Assembly (NCBI RefSeq): GCF_964355755.1
Contig: NC_092675.1
Location: 20,928,912-20,992,911 of the forward strand
DNA from: Antedon mediterranea
Taxonomy: Eukaryota > Animalia > Echinodermata
Length of the DNA stretch: 64,000 nucleotides
Reading direction: 5' to 3'
This document shows positions 39,136 through 50,800 of the stretch, piece after piece. Position 1 is the first letter of the stretch. The number at the start of each line of letters is the position of its first letter. The notes under the pieces were generated by a model. That model saw only the letters and a program-made list of their open reading frames with translations, did not search any database and was not told where the DNA came from. The translations under genes were made by a program, and so were the position numbers.

Positions 39136-39800
39136 AACGTTGAAATAACGTTGAAAAAGTGGTTGAAAATGAAAGTTTGCCTCAACGTAAATGTCAACGT
39201 TGAATCAACATAGAAATTATCAACGTTGAAACAACGTTAAAATAAGTAATGTTGAAATAACGTTGAAAAAATGGTTGAAAATGAAAGTTTGCTTCAACGT
39301 AAATGTCAACGTTGAATCAACATAGAAATTATCAACGTTGAAACAACGTTAAAATAAGTAACGTTGAAATAACGTTGAAAAAATGGTTGAAAATGAAAGT
39401 TTGCCTCAACTTAAATGTCAACGTTGAATCAACATAGAAATTATCAACGTTGAAACAACGTTAAAATAGGTAACGTTGAAATAACGTTGAAAAAATGGTT
39501 GAAAATGAAAGTTTGCCTCAACGTAAATGTCAACGTTGAATCAACATAGAAATTATCAACGTTGAAACAACGTTAAAATAGGTAACGTTGAAATAACGTT
39601 GAAAAAATGGTTGAAAATGAAAGTTTGCCTCAACGTAAATGTCAACGTTGAATCAACATAGAAATTATCAACGTTGAAACAACGTTAAAATAAGTAACGT
39701 TGAAATAACGTTGAAAAAATGGTTGAAAATGAAAGTTTGCCTCAACAAAAATGTCAACGTTGATTCAACATAGATTATCAACGTTGAAACAACGTAAAAA
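39136..39800. repeat. Tandem array, 112-bp unit x~6 (left subterminal)
   Basis: GGTTGAAAATGAAAG recurs at 39161, 39273, 39385, 39497, 39609 and 39721. Confidence 0.95.
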
Positions 39801-40958
39801 TGTCTACGTTGAAATTATCAATGTTGATTCAATGTTGAAATTATTAACGTTGAAACAACGTAAATATTAAGTTGAAATGAAAATTTGCATCAATGTAAAT
39901 TTAAACATAGATTTAACGTTGAAATTTGATTTGTTGAATTACTATATCCAATTTGAATCAACGGTTTTAAAGTAGTTAGTAGTAAAGTTACTGTTACGTC
40001 GCAGAATCCATCAATAGAGACATTTTATAAATACTGTATATCTTACTAATCTTTAATTTCTATAAAAACATAAATAACAATTTAATCAGGTGTTATCAAA
40101 TCATCAGGCAAAATTCAAGCAACAATCAAATAATGTACATCCTCACTGACAGTTCTCAGGTACCAATGTTAAGTATAAAAAATATACTAATAACCAGTTT
40201 GTAATATGTTTGCCAACTAACATGATTGAATAACTATAAATATTGGCTGATTACAGTAAAACACAATAAATACAACACACGTCACAGGTGCCTTGTGCTA
40301 ATGTTGCAGAAGTCCAAATGATGGCAATAACACAATACTGTAATTGCATTGTTCCGATTAGTCAATAAACAGTTGCCTCGATTCCTGTGTTGACATTTTC
40401 CTATGCTTTCCAAAAGTGTGGCAATATTATTTTTCCAAACCTGAAACAAATTCAATCAAGTTACTGTAGTTTTAAACAAAAATAATACAGTAAAAAATTA
40501 ATTGTTGAAAGATTTATTGTCCCCAAAAAACATGAACAATGAAGATTAATACAATCATACTTTGAATACCTTGCCATTTTGCAATTTTAACAATTTAGAT
40601 ATTCACTTGCCGTAGAAAATAAACAAAAACAATAAAGATTTCACTTAACAAAAATACAAAATAAACAGTACATTTAACCAAAAACCAATTGTTTGTTTAA
40701 ATTGTCCCCCTTTTAAGGTACAAATGCATTTTTTAAAATCTAATTTTTGGTCAAAGTGAACAACTCTATAGTGACGGCATATTCAACAAAACATTTAAAA
40801 AAAAATTGTTCAGTTCAATTATATCTTTAACACATTGTTCAAAAATCATACTGTACATAAAAAAAAATTCAATTCAGAACATCATTTCAAACTTACACGT
40901 AAAATATGCAATCAATTCAATTTATGTAAATAATATTGCAACACTGTATTAATATTTA

Positions 40959-41945
40959 CGCCGTGGTTAGGATTCCGGCACCGAAACTCAACTGCCCAGC
41001 GTTAGGGAATCCGACACACTATTGCACATGCCCAGAGCAAGGTAATCGGCGACTCTATTTTTGTCTACAACAGACCAAAGCGTGGTTCCCACTAGCGACG
41101 CAACACAAGGACGTAACGCAACGCAAGTAAATTGACCAATCACAAGCGATGGCTTATTCGCTTGTGATTGCTAACTGTCTATAACTTCGCTTGTCATTGG
41201 TTAAAACGCTTGCGTTGCGTTTACGTCCTTGCGTTACGTTCTAGTGGGAACCAAGCTTTACAGCGATGGATCATTTTAATAGCTGCGCCACAGCGAACTA
41301 GCCGGCCTACATGCCTACTAATACTAGTAGGCCTACCAGCTAGATGTGACCATTGGGCCTATTTATTTCGTAATTAAATTTGCTGCTTCATTCATATATA
41401 AACTTTATATATTTATGAATTATAATTGCATGACTAGTTTTAATTTTTATGATTTTTCAAGTACAAAATAAAAGATTTCATATAACGCATTTATACTGTA
41501 CATAACATCATTTGATTTGAAGTTGATTTGTTGACAGCAGCCGCCGTGCGGATGTGAAAAAAAACAAAACAGAACTGTTCGGGAGAAGTCGGTGTCGCAA
41601 CGCTACGCTATTCATTTTCGTACATTTCTTGAAATACGCAAGCTGATTATTATCGATATCATAATAATTATTTTAACGCGTGGCGTAATTATTAATTCAT
41701 GTATGGCCTAGGCCAAGTTTCATCCATCGCTCTCTCCCCCGCGCGACGACTAACTAGGCCACAGCAAAGATATCTTTGGCTACACAGTACATCCCTAGTT
41801 AACACTCCGACTCTCGGGTAATGTGGTGCGCGGTCTGTGGCACTAGTGCAAGCTATAATTACTTCGCTCTGGGCATGCGCAATAGCGTGTCGGATTCCCT
41901 AACGATGGGAAGTTGAGTTGCGGTGCCGGAATCCTAATCATGGCG
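40959..41945. mobile_element. Mutator/MULE-like non-autonomous element A
   Basis: ~90-bp TIR beginning CGCCGTGGTTAGGATTCCGGCACCG; exact 9-bp TSD TAATATTTA. Confidence 0.85.
41079..41257. mobile_element. Harbinger-like MITE nested in MULE A
   Basis: AGCGTGGTTCCCACTAG...CTAGTGGGAACCAAGCT; related copies at ~47250-47404 and ~52581-52797. Confidence 0.75.
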
Positions 41946-42168
41946 TAATATTTATTCAATTCAATATTAAAGTTAAGAACTATAAATACCAACCTTTTGT
42001 ATATAAAAATATTGATCATCCATTAGATTTTTCTCGTTTGATTCACATAGAAAAGATTATAGGCCTACATGTACTTCATTATTTTGTACTCTAGCTAGGC
42101 ATAGGCCTAAGGGCCTTATTAGCTAGGCCTACAATCTGAAATAAAGAAAGCGAGTAAGTTTAACAAAT

Positions 42169-42983
42169 CGCTGTGGCTAAAGATACGGTACCGTATTCTA
42201 ACTTCTGTTTACTAAAGATACGGTAAAATTGCATTACGTCATAACCAGCCAATGGGGTGCTGGTACGTGTGTGACGTCATCGTATAAGGACTTTGTGGAT
42301 TTTTTTCATATCGCGAAAACCATGGAGGTATGGCGAAAACAGTGATCAACCGCATTTTCTTTATGCTTTATTTATCGCTATTATCGCCGTCGTGTGTGAC
42401 AAAAACTAAATGTAGCCTACGTCTGTTATTATTATTGAAAAGCCATGTTGATTTTAATTCTAGAATAGAGAAAACCGTTTTAAAAGAGGCCTAGGCCTAC
42501 TTACTACGTACTATGTATAACCTCATTATATGAGTTTGTTTGTGTAGGGAAAGCGATGCCAGGCTGTGGCCAGCTGCATATGTGTGCTGTGCGCTGATTT
42601 CTGTGACTCGTCAGCCCTGGGGCTACACTGCTGTCTAAATCATAGTATTTAAGGGCCCCTTTATTGTCCGCATTTGCTTGTTGTTTATGGTCACCATTGT
42701 AAACAAAGTTTTAAAAAAATATAGGCCTAAATAGGCCATTTTGAATAAAAAAAAAACCCTCATCTGCAGCGCACACACATCCACGCAGCCTGGCGCCGCC
42801 GATAGGAATTCTCTACATATATACAACCAACAACAGACGCGATATGAAAAAAAATCCAAAGTCCTTATACGATGACGTCACACACGTACCAGCACCCCAT
42901 TGGCTGATTATGACGTAATGCAATTTTACCGTACCTTTAGTAAACAGAAGTTAGAATACGGTACCGTATCTTTAGCCACGGCG
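42169..42983. mobile_element. Mutator/MULE-like non-autonomous element B
   Basis: ~148-bp near-perfect TIR beginning CGCTGTGGCTAAAGATACGG; exact 9-bp TSD TTAACAAAT. Confidence 0.9.
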
Positions 42984-44146
42984 TTAACAAATAGCCGTCC
43001 TAGGCTAGCAGCATGTGTTTTAGCAGCTACTGTAGACAGCCTAGCAGAAAGCTAGGCCTAGCTAGGCCAACTAATTATATATTATAATGTTATATTTGTA
43101 TACTTTTGGATAAATAAAGAAAGTATTGAACTAAAAGGCCTAAACTAATACATACCATTTTATAACCATAATAAGTACAGTACTGTAGTTATCCTTGGCA
43201 AGGCAAATGTTTGCCCTTGACATGCATAATACTAAATGCTTCCACTAGGCCTAGTGAGTGAATTCAGTTCATCAGTTTGGCAGCCTGCCTAGCCTATTAG
43301 CCTAGCCTACCAGGCTAATAGCCTAGCTATGCATGTGTGGCCTACTAGACTAGAGGCTAGCTATTGATAAGGGTAAAATAGTCAAGCTCAAAGCTTATAA
43401 ATTAGTAGATTACAAATAAAAAAGATTGTTTTCCAACCTCAAAACATACTTATTTGACAATTTCAATGATGAGCCTTTTTTTTCTACACACCACTGTAAC
43501 TGTAGGCCTAGCCTCCTACGTCGAAGTAACTGAAATTACTGACACCAGTTTCAAAATTTTATCAAAACGAAACTAACCAATGACAAGCTCGTATCTCTTA
43601 TGAAATTTGATCTTGCATGAAAGGATCATTCAATTTTCAACACAACTTCTAGAACATTTTTGTATTATACAGAGACAATAATATTTGCCAATCTAAAATT
43701 CCTAAATAACCAATAATCATTTGTTTTACAATAAAGGATGATAAAATAAACCGCCAACTGAAATCTAATGTTAATTTAACGTTGAAACATCAATGGCAAC
43801 GCACTTAAACACATATTATTTATAACCTTTCATCATTCACCTCGTGCCATTATTTGTACCATTACACTCATAAACATTCATTATTTGTATAATATTAAAC
43901 GTTAAAAACATGTCATTTTAACCAAAGTATTAAATAGAATTTATCTTTAATTTACCGTTTAATTAACATTGAAAAACAAAAATAATAATTGTTTGAAAAA
44001 ACAACATAATTTCAAGAGTTTTTCAACGTTGAAAACATGTCATTAGAAAATGACAACTGGATTTCAACGTTAAAATAACGTTGGAATAACATTGAAAAAC
44101 AAAAATAATAACTGTTTGAAAAAAAATACTAGTTAGAAATACTGTA

Positions 44147-45885
44147 CAATGTTATTTCAACGTTGGATCAACATTGATAAATTAACGTAAATTACTAGTT
44201 AGAAAGACAATGTTATTTCAACGTTGGATCAACATTGATAAATTAACGTAAATTTCTAGTTAAAAATACAATGTTATTGCAACGTTGGATCAACATTGAT
44301 AAATTAACGTAAATTTCTAGATATAAATACAATGTTATTTCAACGTTGTATCAACATTGATAAATTAACGTAAATTACTAGTTAGAAAGACAATGTTATG
44401 TCAACGTTGGATCAACATTAATAAATTCACGTAAATTTCTAGTTAAAAATACAATGTTATTTCAACGTTGGATCAACATTGATAAATTAACGTAAATTAC
44501 TAGTTAAAAATACAATGTTATTTCAACGTTGGATCAACATTGATAAATTAACGTAAATTACTAGTTAAAAATACAATGTTATTTCAACGTTGGATCAACA
44601 TTGATAAATTAACGTAAATTTCTAGTTAAAAATACTATGTGATTTTAACGTTGGATCAACATTGATAAATTAACGTAAATTTCTAGTTAAAAATACTATG
44701 TGATTTTAACGTTGGATCAACATTGATAAATTAACGTAAATTACTAGTTAGAAAGACAATGTTATTTCAACGTTGGATCAACAATGATAAATTAACTTAA
44801 ATTACTAGTTAAAAAGACAATGTTATTTCAACGTTGGATTAACATTAATAAATTAACGTAAATTTCTAGTTAAAAATACAATGTTATTTCAACGTTGGAT
44901 CAACATTAATAAATTAACGTAAATTTCTAGTTAAAAATACATTTTTATTTCAACGTTGGATCAACATTGATAAATTAACGTAAATTAATAGTTAAAAATA
45001 CAATGTGATTTCAACGTTGGATCAACATTGATAAATTAACGTAAATTACTAGTTAAAAATACAATGTTATTTCAACGTTGGATCAACATTGATAAATTAA
45101 TGTAAATTTCGAGTTAAAAATACAATGTGATTTTAACGTTGGATCAACATTGATAAATTAAGGTAAATTACTAGTTAGAAAGACAATGTTATTTCAACGT
45201 TGGATCAACATTGATAAATTAACTTAAATTACTAGTTAGAAAGACAATGTTAATTCAACGTTGGATCAACATTGATAATAAAACGAAAATTTCTAGTTAG
45301 AAATACAATGTTATTTCAACGTTGGATCAACATTCATAAATTAACGTAAATTTCTAGTTAGAAAGACAATGTTATTTCAACGTTAAATCAACATTGATAA
45401 ATTAACGTAAATTACTAGTTAGAAAGACAATGTTATTTCAACGTTGGATCAACATTGATAATAAAACGTAAATTACTAGTTAGAAAGACAATGTTATTTC
45501 AACGTTAAATCAACATTGATAAATTAACGTAAATTACTAGTTAGAAGGACAATGTTATTTTAACGTTGGATCAACATTGATAAATTAACGTAAATTTCTA
45601 GTTAAAAATACAATGTTATCTCAATGTTGAATCAACATTTATAAATTAACGTAAAACATTTGTTTGAAAAACAATGTTATTTCAACGTTGGATCAACATT
45701 GATAAATTAACGTAAAACATTTGTTAGAAAGACAATGTTATTTCAACGTTAAATCAACATTTATTAATTAACATAAATTACTAGTTTAAAAGAAAATGTT
45801 ATTTCAACGTTGATTCAATGTTTATTACTAAACGTAAACAAAATAGTTAGGGAAAAAATGTTATTTCAACGTTGATTCAACGTTT
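44147..45885. repeat. Tandem array, 61-bp unit x~28 (right subterminal)
   Basis: Unit CAATGTTATTTCAACGTTGGATCAACATTGATAAATTAACGTAAATTACTAGTTAGAAAGA, head-to-tail with no spacers. Confidence 0.95.
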
Positions 45886-46199
45886 GAAATACGCTTACAA
45901 CATGATTTCAACAATCAACTATATTTCAACGTTGATTCAACGTTGAAATTATGTTCTGTGCCCACTGGGATGGCTCTGACTTTTCAGTCTGGAGTGCGCC
46001 CTCTAGCCTTCGGCTTTACCTCACTGGTACAATCTCACTTATGTTTCGACAGCGAACACAGCATCGTGAAATAAGCCCCACTTATAACATACAAAATACA
46101 GCCTTTTATAAAATACAATACACAAATATATAACACAATATATCACCATCACCTTTTGCTAAAAATCTTTGGGTTTATTTTGATGAATGTTATGAAAAC

Positions 46200-46680
46200 T
46201 ACTAACTTCCATCTACGTGACATAGCTTTGCATCTGAAAGTATGCTACATTATTAAATGCCTCAGTCACTTCATATATAAACGCATTGGCTACCTATATA
46301 TTGAACCCCGTATAAGTGTAAGATCCTTTTACCACTTAAAGCGCTTCTTAAACAACCCACTTATCTTCTTCCCTCCTACACTTTTGCTTGTCTTTCTTCG
46401 GCCATGGAGTTATAAAATTAATTTATAACTCCAGGCTTCGGCTGATCAACACCTACTGGTTGTTCCTGGAATAAACACCAAATCTTATGGACAAATGTAT
46501 TTGTTCTCTGCTGCTGCTTCTCTTTGGAATTCTCTCCCTTGACATACTATCACCATCCATTGCTATTTAAAAAAAAGAATAAACGCATCTTTTTAACATC
46601 CAATGCTAGAGCCTTTGATTTTTACTTCGGTTTAGTTGATACTGGCGCTACACAAATACCTAAATTATTATAAAATAATA
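46200..46680 (+). mobile_element. Degraded L2-like LINE 3' fragment
   Basis: HIYKRIGYLY..., then YGQ..FSAAASLWNSLP-like remnants and a GATACTGGCGCTA tail shared with 15123-15136. Confidence 0.5.
46403..46435. mobile_element. Putative P-element excision footprint (33-bp hairpin, 7-bp TSD)
   Basis: CTTCGGC|CATGGAGTTATAAAATTAATTTATAACTCCAGG|CTTCGGC. Confidence 0.6.
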
Positions 46681-47841
46681 ATAATTATTGTTTAATTTAT
46701 TTATTTATAGAGTTGTAACAGTTATATCGGAACCAAGGATAATTCGATTCGGACAAATAAACATGCATGACGTGATGATATTTCTCTCAATATATTATTC
46801 TGCATAGGCCTATCTTAATTTAAAAATACCCCCTTAACAATTTAGTTGGGAAAATAAAAATGTATTTTTTTCTAGAGTACAGGGAAACTAATGATAAATA
46901 AACTGTATTTTAAGATATGACGCATAACCATAGGCATTGACCAAAATATTTATCCCATTCGTTTTATGCACAGCGTAGGCATGTGGATCACAATTATGGT
47001 GTTCTCTCCGAACAATTATTATTAATAATTTAGGGATGAAGTATATACGGTACGTAAGATCTTGACATATACATTTGGATCTGCACAAAATGACCATCAT
47101 TATGAATATCCACACTTTGAGAGTTATACTGTAGGCCTATGTATTTATTTGATGGGAGATAGTTATGATACAATGATAACATATAAAGGTTTTATTATTA
47201 CTGTATCGGTACATTGATTGGCAGCACAAAGGTGGCGTATCGTATTAAAAGCGTGTTTCCCACTAGGACGCAACGCAATGACGTTACCGCAACGCTGCAG
47301 TGATTTGACCATTCACAACGCTGGATTATTCGAACTGTCACTCATCATTTGTCAACTCGCTTGCGTTGCGTCTACGTCCTGTATTACCTCCTGGGAGCCA
47401 AGCTTTATCATACGTGCAGCAACAAACGACTTCTGTTGTATCAAGGTAACAAACAAACAACAAACAAAACTTTCAAACCTTCACATTTATTTTACACTTT
47501 TAATATCAAAAAACATCTTAAAACAATCCCACTTTCATGTTCGTAACTACGATGAATGAGTCAAACAGTAAAAAACACAAAGTATTGTATTTATCACTAC
47601 GAACGATTTCTAAAACGCGTTTTGCGTTACAAGGCTTACTCTACGTAACACAATAAGATAAGATAAAGGAAGACACGTACTGTACATTAAAAAGTATGCA
47701 GTAACGCAAAGCGTCAGTTACAGTGGCATATAGAATTGCATAGTATTTCAAGTACTATTTACATAATGCTTTTATTATTGTGATAACTATAAATTTCCAT
47801 GTGGAATTGATATGGCAGTTCTGAACAACAGGAGTTCATTT

Positions 47842-50800
47842 TCATGGATTGCAACCATCCACGACAATTGGGCAGATCTCTTCGGGTGTCAGGTACATCT
47901 TCAGACCTAACTCAATCATTATCTTGTTCATGAATGGCGACACTTCTTCGGTGCACTGTGAATATACAATAAATAAAAAATAAGAAATATATAAAGAAAA
48001 CGTTACACCACAGTGATATCAAAGAATCGATACCAGCTGTTGGTGGTTATTTTTCAGATATTTTTAATTTGTTGATTTAATACTAGATTAAATATATCTT
48101 CAATACAATACTTTTCTTTAATAGGGGCTAGTCTAGGAGGATAATGAGCCCACCAAATAAGTTAAATAGACTGTGCAATGTGTAGGCCTACACGGGACCA
48201 ACTGCTTTTTCGAAGTACCGGCAAATAAGAGCAACTTATCGTCCCAAAAGACACGCATTATCTGTCAACATACAGATCTCTTATGCTAATAATTTCTTCC
48301 TTCTTATCATTCCACCATACCGCTAAAGATCAAAATAACTTACTTTTTGTGAATATGGTTCTGGTAGACGTGCACAGAAGGTAGTGGTTCCATTAATTAT
48401 AGTTTCAGCAATTCGGTCCTTTAAATATAAAAAAACAAACAAATGTTGATTAATGGATACTATATAGTTGAAAAAGAAATATTGCTAAATAGATAATTAC
48501 CATCGATGTTCCAGAAAATAATATTTGAATTACAATTATAGTATTGGACTGTAACTAGTAATCTTACTTATAATTTTTTAATTAAAATTTTAATTTTAAT
48601 ATTTCAAATCTATTATTTTTTACATTTATTTTCAATACTGTATTTTACATAATAAATCAACATATAAATACCTGATGTTTAGCAACAAAGGCAGCAACAT
48701 TCTTGACGACTACAGTACACAGTGTACACTTCCATGTTTCCTATTAAGATACAAATATATCAATTAACTGTATGCCTAACTGTAAATTTTCATTGAACAC
48801 AATACATCACTTGTAACACAGACGCGGTTTCTTGAAGTTAGACATGAAACCGTAAGTATACGCGGAAAATCGCTTGTCTAAATACCGTATTGTATTCGAA
48901 AAATCACAGAGTCAAAATCTGTGCTTATAAAGTATAACCATGGACCTATAAATTTAATTTATAGGTCCATGGTTCCAGACGAAGTTTTGTCTTAATATTA
49001 GTAAAATAATAAATATTTTGGCACATATGGCGTTTCATACGTATACTACTTGATTTTTCAGACAAAAATCGAAATAAAATCAAATAAATTAAAAAAAAGA
49101 CAATGAATACAGACTTGGGGCAAGTCTAGTTCATGGTATAACGAGTCCTTTGGTGCACTCATAAGGGGAAATACTTCAAATTGGACCAATAAAAATCTCG
49201 TAGTAACAAAATCAAACATGATAGCCTATAGTAAAACTTTACTTACATTCGATGTGGTGAGTTTTTCCGTCATTTTAGGTATAACTTTTCCTGCAACTTG
49301 TGCAACACTTGGTAAATTCTTGCCCTCGCTGTATTTTTGCTTTCGTGCTTGTTTCTTTGTTTTGTTTCTAACTGTAAAGAACAACATTTTTATACTGTGA
49401 TTTAGATTTTAAAGGGTAATAAAATCACATACTAAATAAATATACAGGGAAACAGGGAATCTAATCTTTATGTTCTTTATAAAAATTGTAAAATGTTTCT
49501 TACGTTTTCTTGGGGTTGATCTTCCGAGCCTAGTACGGTACTCAGTGATCTTGTCTGTGTCAAAGTCCTGTAAGTCGGTGATACCGGTAAAGATATCAAA
49601 TGCGGCCGGTATGTCAGGTAACTCTGGAACCTCTGGTAACTCAGGTATTTCGGGAAGAAGAACTTCGATGTCGGGAGTTTCCGGTAAAGGAATCTCGAAT
49701 TCACCTGGACACAAACCAATAGCTTCACAATCTTCATCTGGCTTCTAATATGTAGAAAGAGACGTTTTAATGTATTATTTAATAGATAAATATGTTTATT
49801 TTAACGGAAAGGTTTTGTACTGAATATAGTTATATAGGCCTACAAGAAAACAACACACACACACAAAAATTGTTTAAAATCAGCCCATTGACACTGCGTA
49901 TAAATTAAATTATTGGATGAAAAAACAATATGCATAAGCAATTTTCTTTTATATGCAAATAACATGTTTAGTTATACGTGGCGTATGATTAACTTATTAA
50001 AACATACGCAAGGCAACACACACACAGGATCATTATTATTCGGCTAAAATAACGTCAAAGCTAACGTAACAATAACAATTTAAAAATCTACACAAATTTA
50101 GAAAAACTTACGAAATATGTATTTGCAATGGTAATCATAACCTCTGGAATTAGTTTGATGTAGTCGTCACATGGCTGTTGCATGTCTTCTGGCAGATAAG
50201 CGCAAACCGTTTCTAATTCTGACACAATATCGCTCTGTTGATAAAACACAAAGTATTAGAAATGCGATGATATAATATTTTAACTACAGACGTATGTCTA
50301 ACTACCTATAGTTTTATTTTAGATCACCCTAGGCCTAGTGTGAATGAGCATCATCATCAATCTACGCATATTGCGTCCCTCATCTGGACATACAATCCGC
50401 GCAAAATTGTGTTGAGTATTCGAGTGAGGAAACCCGTCCCAATGTCCGCACTAGAGAAAATGCATTAACATGACGTAACAATCATCACATCACTCACCAG
50501 TGTCTGATTGTTTGTTAACAAGTCGTAAATGAACTGTACTGTCTGCTTACATCCATCGCATACAATGTCATCGTTAAACATCTTGTCCATCATGTTTCTG
50601 ATCATATCTAGAAAACAAATAAAAAAAAAGAAAGTTAAAAACTGACAAATGACGAATATTACTTTTTGCTTATTTAACAGTGGATTTGTGGCTTGGTGGT
50701 TTAAGATCCTTGGATCAAATCAAAATGTTTTCTTATGAAAAAAAACTATACAACTTCGTCATGTGAACAGTATTATCACCATTCATTTCATGACGACTTG

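Larger units (their letters stand above)
39086..45968. mobile_element. ~6.9-kb non-autonomous CMC/EnSpm-like DNA transposon with subterminal tandem arrays
   Basis: TIR CCCAGTGGGCA / TGCCCACTGGG, 2-bp AT TSD, AACGTT-rich subterminal repeats at both ends, no transposase ORF. Confidence 0.8.

Noticed and set aside
41765-41778. CAAAGATATCTTTG palindrome as another P footprint
   Set aside because: Only 14 bp with flanks matching 5/7; could be chance.
44147-45885. Regular palindromic repeat array resembling CRISPR
   Set aside because: Units are head-to-tail with no unique spacers, the context is eukaryotic, there are no cas genes, and the array lies inside TIRs.
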